Shown: piece by piece, positions 25,641 through 35,741 of the stretch
How the letters are laid out: every line of letters begins with the position of its first letter
How positions within the stretch are numbered: the stretch's first letter is position 1
Source of the DNA: a virus
DNA: 64,000 nucleotides
Direction: 5' to 3' (one strand)
Virus record (IMG/VR): IMGVR_UViG_3300032246_001180
Location: 32,001 to 96,000 of that record
Notes under the pieces: generated by a model
Told to the model about the DNA's origin: nothing
Databases searched by the model: none
Seen by the model: only the letters and a program-made list of their open reading frames with translations
Position numbers and translations under genes: made by a program

Positions 25641-25921
25641 TGGCATTAATAGATTTTGATAAACTTGCAAAAGAGTATGACAATATAGAAGATGATTTTG
25701 GATTCTCTGCTGTATCGGAAGAAGAATATAATTCAGTCATAAATAAATCAGCTGAAACAGCCGATGATTATAAACTAAGATTGAACGAAGTTGAAAAGAT
25801 AGTTATTCCTTTTCTAACCAAACTACATTCGACCGGAGATAAAGAATACATATATTGGCCGAATCGTAAACCTTTAATTGAAAAACAAATCGAGAAGATA
25901 CTTAAACTGACTAGGAATTAA
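25637..25921 (+). CDS. hypothetical protein
   Basis: DFGFSAV...YIYWPNR. Confidence 0.7.
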   Translation: MMALIDFDKLAKEYDNIEDDFGFSAVSEEEYNSVINKSAETADDYKLRLNEVEKIVIPFLTKLHSTGDKEYIYWPNRKPLIEKQIEKILKLTRN

Positions 25922-25923
25922 TT

Positions 25924-26637
25924 ATGAGTGCAACGGTGATTATACCGACCACAGGATCCCCTGAGGTTAGAGATGCGATTGAGTCTGTACTAAATCAGAC
26001 TATGGAAACACATTGTTATGTTGTTGGTGATGGAAATGATTTTACACCAAAAGTCAAAGCTATCGTTGATAGTTATGCAGGTAATCCTTTTCTAAAAGTT
26101 TGTTATTTACCCATCAATGTCGGTGGCAACGGATTTTATGGCCATCGTGTCTATGCAGCTTTCACACATCTAATTAATACTGATTATGTATTCTATCTTG
26201 ACCAAGATTGTTGGCTCGAAAAGAATCATGTTGAAGAATGTATTAAAACTATTGAACAAGATGACTTGAACTGGTCATACTCTCTCAGAAGAATTGTTGA
26301 TAAAGAAGGCGAATATATATGTAATGATGATTGTGAATCTTTAGGTAAATGGAAAACATATCACGGAATCAATCATATAGATACTAACTCTTATTGCCTT
26401 AAAACAGATGTTGCGATAAAATTAGCACAGGTGTGGCACGGAGGTTGGGGCCAAGATAGAGTATTTTTATCGGCTCTAGCACAAAACTTTCAAAGATTCC
26501 ATTGTACAGGTTTGTACACAGTCAACTATCGTGTTGATGGTAATCCGGGTTCTGTTAATGCGGAATTCTTTTTGAATGGTAATGAAATAATGAAACAAAA
26601 ATATAATGGAGAATTCCCATGGCAAAGAAAAATTTAA
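25924..26637 (+). CDS. GT2-family glycosyltransferase
   Basis: VIIPT, AIESVLNQT, YLDQD. Confidence 0.85.
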   Translation: MSATVIIPTTGSPEVRDAIESVLNQTMETHCYVVGDGNDFTPKVKAIVDSYAGNPFLKVCYLPINVGGNGFYGHRVYAAFTHLINTDYVFYLDQDCWLEKNHVEECIKTIEQDDLNWSYSLRRIVDKEGEYICNDDCESLGKWKTYHGINHIDTNSYCLKTDVAIKLAQVWHGGWGQDRVFLSALAQNFQRFHCTGLYTVNYRVDGNPGSVNAEFFLNGNEIMKQKYNGEFPWQRKI

Positions 26638-27551
26638 TTATCGGTGGTTTTACAGGATACAATTATAACCAACTCAAACCTTGGGTTGAATCTATTTGTG
26701 AAGTTATGCCTGATGCAGCTAAAGTATTGATTGTTGGTGAAGCATCATCAGAAACAAAATCAATACTAATCAATAAAGGATTTTCCCTTTTTGATATGGC
26801 CAAAGCCAATATTCCTGTTCATGTATTGCGTTTTCTCTCAATATATGATTTCTTAAGGACTCGTTGGCAAGATTATAATTATGTAATTACAACAGACGTT
26901 AAAGACGTTTATTTCCAGACCGACCCATTTGAATTTTTAAAACAACGGGGTATTGGTTTAGAGGGAAAGCCAAGTCTGGTTGCTGGTTCTGAAAGTCTGT
27001 TATATAAAGATGAACCTTGGGGAAAAGAAAATTTGAATCAGGCATATGGACCATACATATATGACCAATTTAAAGATAATGAAATTTATAATGTAGGGAC
27101 TATTGGTGGTACAGCTGAATATGTAAAAGATATGGTCTTTAATATTTTTACCAATGCAGTCAATAGACCAATTCAAATTTGTGACCAAGCAGTATATAAT
27201 ATACTGATTAACACTCAACCTTATAAATCTCAAACTTTATTCTGTAAACAAGCAGATGCATGGGCTTGTCAGGCAGGTACAACAGTTGATCCTTCCAAGA
27301 TTCAATCTTTCAGACCATTCTTAACAGAAGCTGAACCTGTTTGGAAAGACGGACTTATGAGAACTGGATTGAATTCATTTTTAGATAATAATATTATTGC
27401 TGGAACGCCACCAGGAACTCCTTTTTGTATAGTGCATCAATACGACCGTGTTCCTGAATGGAAAAAAGTTGTGGCGCAAAAGTTCAAACAAGAAGAATCA
27501 TCAACAACGTCTAAAGATAAAACTGAAGACTATTTTGTATACAGGACTTAA
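26619..27551 (+). CDS. GT-A glycosyltransferase-like protein
   Basis: TDVKDVYFQ.DPF, DQAVYN, VHQYDR. Confidence 0.7.
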   Translation: MAKKNLIIGGFTGYNYNQLKPWVESICEVMPDAAKVLIVGEASSETKSILINKGFSLFDMAKANIPVHVLRFLSIYDFLRTRWQDYNYVITTDVKDVYFQTDPFEFLKQRGIGLEGKPSLVAGSESLLYKDEPWGKENLNQAYGPYIYDQFKDNEIYNVGTIGGTAEYVKDMVFNIFTNAVNRPIQICDQAVYNILINTQPYKSQTLFCKQADAWACQAGTTVDPSKIQSFRPFLTEAEPVWKDGLMRTGLNSFLDNNIIAGTPPGTPFCIVHQYDRVPEWKKVVAQKFKQEESSTTSKDKTEDYFVYRT

Positions 27552-27553
27552 CA

Positions 27554-28132
27554 ATGGAGTGGCCACCTATTATGCCTTTTGAAAGAGAATACCAAGATGC
27601 TTGTGCAGGTAAATATGGATCCGATATGGTTGAACACCTATCTTGGATTTCTGAAATAGCCGCTAAAGGCGATTCTGCTTGTGAACTAGGCGTTGGCCGT
27701 GGCGAATCAACCAGAGCTTTATTACGACATGATATTGAGATTCATAGTTATGAAATTAAACCGCAAGCAGGTTGTATTGAATGGTTTGAAGAAGCCAGAA
27801 AACTAGGACGTAACATCACCTTACACCTAGAAAGTAGTAGAGTAGCTAGAATTAAACCTACAGATTTTTTATTCTTAGACAGTTATCATTCATATGAACA
27901 AGTTAGAATAGAGTTAGCTCTACATTCTCCAAAAACAAGAAAATATATGATGTTACACGATACAACTTTATTTGCTGACAATGACCAAAACGAAGAAGAT
28001 TTAATTCTTCCAGGTCCTCCGCCTGGTATTTGGCCAGCGATTGAGGAATTCTTAGAAGACAATCCTCATTGGAAGTTAGTTGAAAGAAGACACAATAATA
28101 ATGGCATGACTCTACTTGAAAGAATAACATGA
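27554..28132 (+). CDS. class I SAM methyltransferase
   Basis: ELGVGRGEST, FLDSYHSY, HDT. Confidence 0.8.
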   Translation: MEWPPIMPFEREYQDACAGKYGSDMVEHLSWISEIAAKGDSACELGVGRGESTRALLRHDIEIHSYEIKPQAGCIEWFEEARKLGRNITLHLESSRVARIKPTDFLFLDSYHSYEQVRIELALHSPKTRKYMMLHDTTLFADNDQNEEDLILPGPPPGIWPAIEEFLEDNPHWKLVERRHNNNGMTLLERIT

Positions 28133-28692
28133 AGACTTTAGTTGATATTATGATTGATAAGAATTTGCGTAATGATTTAAATTATGAGTTTGGAACAGAC
28201 AAAGAGTTTAATCACAAATATTGTACAGCATTTTATGATAAAGAGTTTGCAAAATATCGCAATAAAAGAATTCGACTATTAGAAATAGGCGTACATAGAG
28301 GTGGTGGCCTTGCTGTTTTCCATGAGTATTTCCCTGATGCGGACATTTATGGAATTGATCCAGTAGACTTTGGTGCTATGCAAAAATGTTTACCTTACCC
28401 AAGAGTTAAAGTAATCTATGCAGATGGTTACAATAAAGATTTTGCTGAAGTTTTACCAAAGTTTGATATCATCATTGACGATGGTCCTCATACAAAAGAA
28501 AGTCATCTAAAATCACTCGACATTTACCTAGACAAATTAAATGAAGGTGGTGTATTTGTGATTGAAGATATTTCAGAAATGGAATGGACAGAAGAATACA
28601 AATTAAAAGTTCCGCCTTGGATGACATATGAGATTATTGATGCTCGTGAAATTTCAGGTATGTCGGACAGTATTATGTTTGTGGTAAGATAA
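28129..28692 (+). CDS. class I SAM methyltransferase
   Basis: GTDK, LLEIGVHRGG, IIDDGPH, VIED. Confidence 0.85.
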   Translation: MKTLVDIMIDKNLRNDLNYEFGTDKEFNHKYCTAFYDKEFAKYRNKRIRLLEIGVHRGGGLAVFHEYFPDADIYGIDPVDFGAMQKCLPYPRVKVIYADGYNKDFAEVLPKFDIIIDDGPHTKESHLKSLDIYLDKLNEGGVFVIEDISEMEWTEEYKLKVPPWMTYEIIDAREISGMSDSIMFVVR

Positions 28693-29420
28693 TGTCTACA
28701 TTGTCGTTCTTACACCTTGCTTCCGCTGGCAAAAAAGTATCTACTGGTCATATTGTATCGAATATAAGAAAGCATTACCCAAATGCATTTTATTTCTTAG
28801 GTTCGGATGCGGCAGATGACTTGTCAAGTATTGCTATTTCAAACATTACAGACTATAATTACTATACGGAAAAGATTGGTTATCCAAGTTACAAGTGGGA
28901 TAAACTCTCACGTTGGTTAGAAAGATTTAAAGAAGCTTGCCAACAATGTAACACCACACATATAATGATGGTTGAAGATGATGTTTGGATTAAAAAACCA
29001 ATAACAGTAATTGATGAATGGGAAATGTCCTGTCATCACATCACTCATGGGAATATTATTCCTGCACAAGTGATAGATATGATTGAAGAATTTTCTGGCA
29101 AAAAACCTAAGACCAATTACTATGGTGGCGGTGGAGGCTCAATATATAAAGTAGATACGTTTTTAAATAATTATGAAAGAGTGTATGCTTGGTTTGAAAA
29201 GAACCACGACACAATTCAAAGTTATTATGAACCGTTTGGATTTATGGATTGTTATATGGTTGTATATTATATGTTGTGTGGTAAAGACTATACAACTAAT
29301 CCATATTTGACAGACACACATCATCATGCGAATGACGGATATGATTGGGATAAATTTGTTGATGATTGTATTCCAACAATTGAAATTGTAAACAACTATA
29401 AGAAATACTATTGGGTATGA
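28692..29420 (+). CDS. glycosyltransferase-like protein
   Basis: MVEDDV motif, cluster context. Confidence 0.55.
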   Translation: MSTLSFLHLASAGKKVSTGHIVSNIRKHYPNAFYFLGSDAADDLSSIAISNITDYNYYTEKIGYPSYKWDKLSRWLERFKEACQQCNTTHIMMVEDDVWIKKPITVIDEWEMSCHHITHGNIIPAQVIDMIEEFSGKKPKTNYYGGGGGSIYKVDTFLNNYERVYAWFEKNHDTIQSYYEPFGFMDCYMVVYYMLCGKDYTTNPYLTDTHHHANDGYDWDKFVDDCIPTIEIVNNYKKYYWV

Positions 29421-30211
29421 ATAATATAAGCATTGTGACCGCCTTCTTCGACATTGGCCGAGGCGATTGGACACCAGACAAAGGCCTGCCTCATTATCTC
29501 CAAAGAACCAATCAAACTTATTTTGATAGGTTTTCTGAACTGGCTAAACTAAAAAATAATATGGTTATCTTCACTTCAAAAGAATTTGTTGAAGATATTA
29601 AGAAAATCCGTGGAAACAATCCCACTCAGATAATCAGAATTGATTTTGATGACTCGTTTGAAACACTTCGTAGTGAAATCAAAAGAGTTCAAAGAATGCC
29701 AGAATATCAAGCTAAAATTAATCCACTTCAGATAAAGAATCCAGAATACTGGAATGCTGATTATGTCCTTGTCAATCTTTTAAAATCTTCTTTTGTTACA
29801 AAAGCTATAGAAGCAGGAAATGTTCCTAATGAATTGGTGGCATGGATTGATTTTGGTTATTGTAGAAAACCCCTAGAAATATCTGAGTGGTCTTATAATT
29901 TTGATCCAGAAAAAATGCATTTCTTTAATATTAAAGATTGGGTTGAAGGTACATACATTCAAGATGTAATTGCTAATAATGATGTACACATTACCGGTCC
30001 TTGTATTGTTGGCGGCAAGAAGTCTTGGTATATACTTGAAAATCTGGTTCATCATTCAACAAAAGAATTACTCAAAAATAATTTGATTGATGATGACCAA
30101 ACTTTGTTATTAATGTCGTATCTATATAAACCAGATATGTTTGAATTGCATAAGGTTTCTCCAGACAATTGGTTTGTAGCTTTTGAGGATTATAATGAGA
30201 ATTTATCTTAA
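29417..30211 (+). CDS. HtrL/YibB-family glycosyltransferase
   Basis: IVTAFFDIGRGDW, NPEYW.ADY, WIDFGY, DDDQ. Confidence 0.85.
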   Translation: MNNISIVTAFFDIGRGDWTPDKGLPHYLQRTNQTYFDRFSELAKLKNNMVIFTSKEFVEDIKKIRGNNPTQIIRIDFDDSFETLRSEIKRVQRMPEYQAKINPLQIKNPEYWNADYVLVNLLKSSFVTKAIEAGNVPNELVAWIDFGYCRKPLEISEWSYNFDPEKMHFFNIKDWVEGTYIQDVIANNDVHITGPCIVGGKKSWYILENLVHHSTKELLKNNLIDDDQTLLLMSYLYKPDMFELHKVSPDNWFVAFEDYNENLS

Positions 30212-30932
30212 TGGTACATCTAATCTAGGTGATTTTTTGAATGGTATGCCCGTTATGTCGGGTATTTGTAAACACTATGGCAAATATTCTTTAACTATTA
30301 AAAAAGAAATGAAGAAGTTTAAAGGCCTTGTCGAATTTCTTATGTACCAAGATTTGTTTACTGAGGTTGTATTTGATGATGAGGTGTTTATGTATGGTGA
30401 TATCATACAAATGAGTTCTTGGCCTATCAGAGAAGACAAGAATGATCCAAACAGACCAACCGAAACTTGTCGTTATGAAAACTTTATAAAAGATAATTTC
30501 GGAATGATGTTTGATGTGGACGATAATTTTACAATAAAAACACCAGACTATGATATTAAGGTGAAAGATACTTATTATGTTGGCGATAGATGGTCTGTTG
30601 GTGAGATTGATACTCGCAGAGAAACACATATTCTATCACACTTAACAAATTGTGAGTTTATTGATTTTGAAAGACCTATGTTGGAGAATGCTTATATCAT
30701 TAAGAATCTAACAAAGCCTTTCATCACAAATTTTACAGGTGTTGGTATGTTGGCGGACCTACTCAATAAAGAATTGTATTGTGTATGGAAAGCAGAAGAT
30801 TGGAGACCTGAACACCGAGTTGGTGATAACATTTCTTGGGACAATGGTAAGAACATTAATCAAATATTTGAAAAACACTTTTACTTGAATCGTAAAGCAA
30901 AATTGGTTCACGCTTCAGAACTATCACTATGA
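30195..30932 (+). CDS. divergent GT9-like protein
   Basis: SNLGDFL..MP N-terminus, FITNFTG. Confidence 0.45.
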   Translation: MRIYLNGTSNLGDFLNGMPVMSGICKHYGKYSLTIKKEMKKFKGLVEFLMYQDLFTEVVFDDEVFMYGDIIQMSSWPIREDKNDPNRPTETCRYENFIKDNFGMMFDVDDNFTIKTPDYDIKVKDTYYVGDRWSVGEIDTRRETHILSHLTNCEFIDFERPMLENAYIIKNLTKPFITNFTGVGMLADLLNKELYCVWKAEDWRPEHRVGDNISWDNGKNINQIFEKHFYLNRKAKLVHASELSL

Positions 30933-31630
30933 CAACAATTATTAATATTGAACCAGATACCTTTGGTGGTCCTTTACGCAATGGTGATATGCTTGGTGTT
31001 GCAAATGTTGTAGAACATCTTAGAAATAGTAACAAAGATCCAAATATAAAATTCTACATCGAATCTCATGGTATAAACCCAGCAGAATACAACAAACAAT
31101 TTTACGAATTTCTATTAGAGAAAACAAATTACTTTACTACTATTCCTGGTAAACAATCTTTATCGTGGCGCAAAGTTAATGTTTGGGATTTCAGAGATGT
31201 GTGTGGTGATTTGGTTAAAATAAAAAACACACATACAAAAGAAAAAAAGATAGTAATATCTCCACTATTTGATGCACCATATAATCAATACAGAAATTGG
31301 CCAACAGAGTTATTTCTCCAATTAGTTAAAAAATATGATAACTTTTACGGTGAAAAAATTATTGTCAATCCTAAACCTTTTAACATTATTGGTTGGAAAG
31401 ATAGTGTAGATTTTAAAGAAAGTTTAAAACATATTATGACGGCTGAGATTTATATTGGTGGTGATACTGGACTATCTCATTTCGTTGGCGCCTTAGACCG
31501 AGGACCAGAACCAATTTATTATTACTCCAGCCGAGGCCTTCTACATACTACACCCCTTTATTGGATGACGGAGAAAAAGGGAACGATGAAAACATATTGG
31601 TTAGATTTTGAAGGAACAAAATGGCAATGA
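30929..31630 (+). CDS. GT9 heptosyltransferase-like protein
   Basis: RNGD, RNWP..LF, YIGGDTGLSHFVGAL. Confidence 0.7.
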   Translation: MTTIINIEPDTFGGPLRNGDMLGVANVVEHLRNSNKDPNIKFYIESHGINPAEYNKQFYEFLLEKTNYFTTIPGKQSLSWRKVNVWDFRDVCGDLVKIKNTHTKEKKIVISPLFDAPYNQYRNWPTELFLQLVKKYDNFYGEKIIVNPKPFNIIGWKDSVDFKESLKHIMTAEIYIGGDTGLSHFVGALDRGPEPIYYYSSRGLLHTTPLYWMTEKKGTMKTYWLDFEGTKWQ

Positions 31631-32634
31631 AAAAAGTATTCATAACAGGTGTTGCAGGATTTTTAGGTAGTCATTTGGCTGACGCATTTTTGGCCAAAGG
31701 TTATCAAGTCGCAGGCATTGATAATTTATTAGGAGGTTATCGTGATAATGTGCCTGATAATGTTGAATTTTATGATTGCGATTTATTGCATCTCAACCGA
31801 CTAAAAGATATGATGGCAGATTGTGATGTTGTATATCATACAGCCTGTACTGCATATGAAGGTCTATCAGTATTTTCTCCATCTCTTATTGTACAGAACA
31901 CAACACAAATTGCTGTCAATGCAATGACTGCCGCTATTCAAGCGGGTGTTCCCAAGTTTGTACATTGTTCTTCTATGGCAAGATATGGTACACAAGAAAT
32001 TGTTCCGTTTACAGAAGACTTGACACCGAAACCACAAGACCCTTATGGTATTGCTAAATGGGGTACAGAACTTTTGCTTAAGAATTTGGCAGATGTTCAC
32101 GGTATTGAATTGGTGATTGCCGTACCACATAATATTATTGGACCTCGTCAAAAGTATGATGACCCATTCCGAAATGTGGCTAGTATTATGATTAATTTGA
32201 TGTTGCAAAATAGGCAACCAATCATCTATGCTGACGGTTCACAGACTAGGTGCTTCTCCGACATATCAGATGACGTAGATTGTCTAGTAGAGTTTGCAGA
32301 GAATCCTAAGGCGGTTGGAGAGATTTTTAACATAGGTCCTGATGAGAATCCAGTAACAATTATTGAACTTGCACAGACAGTTGCCAAATTACTTAATTTT
32401 AATTTAGATCCGGTATTCATGCCAGGTCGTCCACAGGAAGTTAAACACGCCAACTGTTCTGCTGATAAAATTAGAGAATATTTTGGATATGAAACGAAAA
32501 CCACGTTGGAACAGTCTTTACAAAAACAAATCGACTATATCCAAAGGCGTGGAACTAAGCCATTTCTGTATCATTTAGACTTAGAAATTGTTTCAGATAA
32601 AACACCAAAAACTTGGACCCAAAAAATGTTTTAA
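31621..32634 (+). CDS. NAD-dependent nucleotide-sugar epimerase/dehydratase
   Basis: TGVAGFLGSH, YGIAK, NIIGPRQ. Confidence 0.9.
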   Translation: MAMKKVFITGVAGFLGSHLADAFLAKGYQVAGIDNLLGGYRDNVPDNVEFYDCDLLHLNRLKDMMADCDVVYHTACTAYEGLSVFSPSLIVQNTTQIAVNAMTAAIQAGVPKFVHCSSMARYGTQEIVPFTEDLTPKPQDPYGIAKWGTELLLKNLADVHGIELVIAVPHNIIGPRQKYDDPFRNVASIMINLMLQNRQPIIYADGSQTRCFSDISDDVDCLVEFAENPKAVGEIFNIGPDENPVTIIELAQTVAKLLNFNLDPVFMPGRPQEVKHANCSADKIREYFGYETKTTLEQSLQKQIDYIQRRGTKPFLYHLDLEIVSDKTPKTWTQKMF

Positions 32635-32707
32635 AAAACCGAACAATTGGGCGACTATGTATCTAACCCAATTTTTCTAAGGTTTGATTGTGAAACTTTG
32701 GATGTTG

Positions 32708-32715
32708 TATAAATA
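32708..32715 (+). promoter_or_regulatory. T4 late-type promoter
   Basis: TATAAATA in intergenic region. Confidence 0.75.
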
Positions 32716-32775
32716 GTACAACCCATGTAGTATTCTAGCGACCATAGTGTGTTGCAAATCTAGTAAGGAAAACTA

Positions 32776-33966
32776 ATGTTGACATTTAAAACGTATTTGA
32801 CTGAGGAAGCCGAAGAAGGTTCCCAACTTAAACATATCCACCATGCGGAAGATAGACCGTTGATGCATGGCCATGCTGGTTTCGAACACGCATTTGATGC
32901 TTTACACAAAGCACACGAACACATTAAATCTGGCCAAAAAAGTTCGAACCTAACAATGAAGTATGATGGTTCTCCTTCACTCGTTTTTGGTCATCATCCT
33001 AAGAATGGTAAATTCTTTGTCGCATCTAAATCTGCTTTCAACAAAAATCCAAAGATTAATCATACAGAAAAAGATATTGACAAGAACCACGGCCACGCTC
33101 CTGGTCTTGCAAAAGCACTCAAACACGCACTTAAGCATTTACCAAAAGTAACACCTAAACATGGTGTTTATCAAGGTGACCTGATGCATCATGCAGAAAC
33201 AAAGACTTTGCATGAAGAATATATTGCAGAAGCCAAAGGTGATGTTTCATTCACACCAAACACTATCACCTATACTGCAAAAGGCGAAACAGCAAAGAAG
33301 GTTAAAAACTCAAAAGTAGGTGTTGTTGTTCATCACAAATATGATGATGAAATGAAACACGCTTCACCTAAAGTTGACCATGAAAATTTCAAACAACATA
33401 AAGATGTTCATATTCATGGTGCAGAACACGACACAAGCAAAGTAAAACATTCAGCTGAAAACGAATCAGGTTTTCACAAGCATATGTCTGCCGCCAAAGA
33501 AATACATGATACACATGGCCACAAGATGTATGATTCCGTTCACCCAAAACACTCAGGTGAAACTGGCCACCTATCAACCTACATAAACAAGACCGTGCGA
33601 CATGATGAGGTTCCATCTGTGAAAGGATTTAAAGAACATCTGAAAGACGTACATGAAAAGGCAGCTTCTAAAGTTAAAACAGAAAAGGCCAAGTCAGAAA
33701 AAACTGGTGAGGGCGCCAAACAAGTTGCCCACGTTGAGAAACACAAAGCACATTATGGTAATTTATTGACTATGCATCATCATTTACATCAAGCAAAGAA
33801 TCACTTAGTTAAATCATTAGAAACACATGAAGGTGATTATGAGCATCATATTGAAGGTAAGAAATCAAAGCCAGAAGGATTCGTTGTACATCACAACAAT
33901 GAACCTACTAAGTTGGTCAACCGTGCAGAATTTGCCAAACAAAATCTGTTAAAAGTCCGCAAATGA
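32776..33966 (+). CDS. His-rich protein with ligase-like KxDG motif; probable capsid-internal protein
   Basis: TMKYDGSP, QGDLM, PEGFV, KLV.R; MLTFKTYLTE N-terminus. Confidence 0.65.
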   Translation: MLTFKTYLTEEAEEGSQLKHIHHAEDRPLMHGHAGFEHAFDALHKAHEHIKSGQKSSNLTMKYDGSPSLVFGHHPKNGKFFVASKSAFNKNPKINHTEKDIDKNHGHAPGLAKALKHALKHLPKVTPKHGVYQGDLMHHAETKTLHEEYIAEAKGDVSFTPNTITYTAKGETAKKVKNSKVGVVVHHKYDDEMKHASPKVDHENFKQHKDVHIHGAEHDTSKVKHSAENESGFHKHMSAAKEIHDTHGHKMYDSVHPKHSGETGHLSTYINKTVRHDEVPSVKGFKEHLKDVHEKAASKVKTEKAKSEKTGEGAKQVAHVEKHKAHYGNLLTMHHHLHQAKNHLVKSLETHEGDYEHHIEGKKSKPEGFVVHHNNEPTKLVNRAEFAKQNLLKVRK

Positions 33967-35732
33967 AATCGTTTCTACAGTTAGTTGAAGAACAAAAATC
34001 TGGTGAGAATCACCATGTTATGACGTTTGGTCGTATGAATCCTCCTACGACCGGACATTTGAAATTAATCAATAAAGTTAAAGATGTTGCTAAAAAGCAA
34101 GGCGCTTCACATTCTGTAGTGGTATCTCATTCTCAAGATGCAAAGAAAAATCCCCTATCAGGTGAACAAAAAGTTAAACACCTGAAAAGATATGCACCAG
34201 ATACAAATGTTGAATCTTCTTCAAAAGAACATCCTACAATCATGCACCATGCTGAGAAGTTACACAAAAAAGGTGTAACTCATCTTCATGTTGTTGCTGG
34301 TTCGGACCGTGTTAAAGAATACCATGACCTATTACACAAGTATAATGGTAAACCAAACAAAGAAGGTCATGTACCATATCACTTCAAAAAAATAACTGTA
34401 CATTCAGCAGGACACCGTGATCCGGACGCTGAGGGTTCTGAAGGTATGTCTGGCACCAAGATGCGTGAACACGCCAAGAGTAAGAACTTTAAAGAGTTTA
34501 GAAAAGGTGTTCCTGGTCACGTTTCAGATGAACACGCAAAAGAACTCATGCATGATACTAGAAAAGGTATGGGTCTGCATGAGAATCATTATCATGGAAT
34601 GTTCAAAGCAATTTTTGTAACAGGCGGTCCTGGTTCTGGCAAAGATGTTGTCATTCGTGAGTCGATTGCTGTAGCAAATGCAGTAGAACTAAACGCTGTT
34701 CAAGCATACGACTATTTGGCTGACAAACAAAAGTTGTCTGAAAAAACTGATGACTTCCGCAGAGAAGCAATTCGCAACCGTGGTCCGTTGGTTATTAATA
34801 GTCCTGCGGACGATGTACAGAGAATTAGTTACATCAAAGAAGAATTGGAAGAACTTGGATACGACACCATGATGGTGTTCGTTAACACAACAGATGCTGC
34901 AAGCAAAGAAAGAAACACCAAACTTTCTCGCATGATGGTTGAATCTATCCGCCACGAAAAGTGGTTAAAATCGCAGAAAAACAAAGAACTTTTTACAGAA
35001 TCTTTTTCCACTTTTGTTGAATTCGATAACAATCAAACAATCGACCAAATTGAGGAAGATATTACTGACACTTACAAGAATATAAATAGGTTCGTAAGTA
35101 ATGAAATGCATAGTGAATTGGCTTCAGATTGGTTTGTAAGACGCAATAAATTAAATATATTTGAGGAAAAAAATGTTAAAAGCTCTACTGGATTTTCTAA
35201 AATTAAAACCTCGGGTAACCGAGCAGAAGGACCCTGTGATATCCCAGCCGACAATCGTGCCGGAGCCACAGACACCGGTGACGATATCCGTGGAAACACC
35301 TATCCAAGAAAATATCCAAACAAAACCTACACGTTCAAAACCTACAGCGAAGAAGCAAAGCTTAAAGTCAACCCCAGCCCCAAAGAAAGCAACTTCTCCA
35401 GGGACAAGGAAAAAGACAAAGTAAAGAATAAAAGATTCGTTGATGCACCTACAGTAAATCAACGAATCAGAAATACAGATGGAATTGGTCCACAATTCGA
35501 TACACGCCAACAGGGAACAGTATATCCTATGTCAGGTCTAGGCGATGTAACATATAAAGAACAAAAAGAATTTAGTAGTTTTAAAAAATTTAGAGAAGCT
35601 ATTGACGATCCAGGTGCCTGTGATATGGGTGTTGGTGGAACTCTAGGTGGCGCTACTAATAAAGAACCAATGCAATCGTATAAAGATGCAGATAGAAACA
35701 TCGGTATTCAAATTAAGAAGAAAAAGAAATAG
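33963..35732 (+). CDS. cytidyltransferase-like plus P-loop kinase fusion
   Basis: FGRMNPPTTGH, GSDR, MSGTKMR; GGPGSGK. Confidence 0.75.
   Translation: MKSFLQLVEEQKSGENHHVMTFGRMNPPTTGHLKLINKVKDVAKKQGASHSVVVSHSQDAKKNPLSGEQKVKHLKRYAPDTNVESSSKEHPTIMHHAEKLHKKGVTHLHVVAGSDRVKEYHDLLHKYNGKPNKEGHVPYHFKKITVHSAGHRDPDAEGSEGMSGTKMREHAKSKNFKEFRKGVPGHVSDEHAKELMHDTRKGMGLHENHYHGMFKAIFVTGGPGSGKDVVIRESIAVANAVELNAVQAYDYLADKQKLSEKTDDFRREAIRNRGPLVINSPADDVQRISYIKEELEELGYDTMMVFVNTTDAASKERNTKLSRMMVESIRHEKWLKSQKNKELFTESFSTFVEFDNNQTIDQIEEDITDTYKNINRFVSNEMHSELASDWFVRRNKLNIFEEKNVKSSTGFSKIKTSGNRAEGPCDIPADNRAGATDTGDDIRGNTYPRKYPNKTYTFKTYSEEAKLKVNPSPKESNFSRDKEKDKVKNKRFVDAPTVNQRIRNTDGIGPQFDTRQQGTVYPMSGLGDVTYKEQKEFSSFKKFREAIDDPGACDMGVGGTLGGATNKEPMQSYKDADRNIGIQIKKKKK
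35173..35424 (+). CDS. nested alternative-frame Pro/Thr/Lys-rich protein
   Basis: GAGG RBS; amphipathic N-terminus, basic tail. Confidence 0.5.
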   Translation: MLKALLDFLKLKPRVTEQKDPVISQPTIVPEPQTPVTISVETPIQENIQTKPTRSKPTAKKQSLKSTPAPKKATSPGTRKKTK

Positions 35733-35741
35733 GAGAACTCA

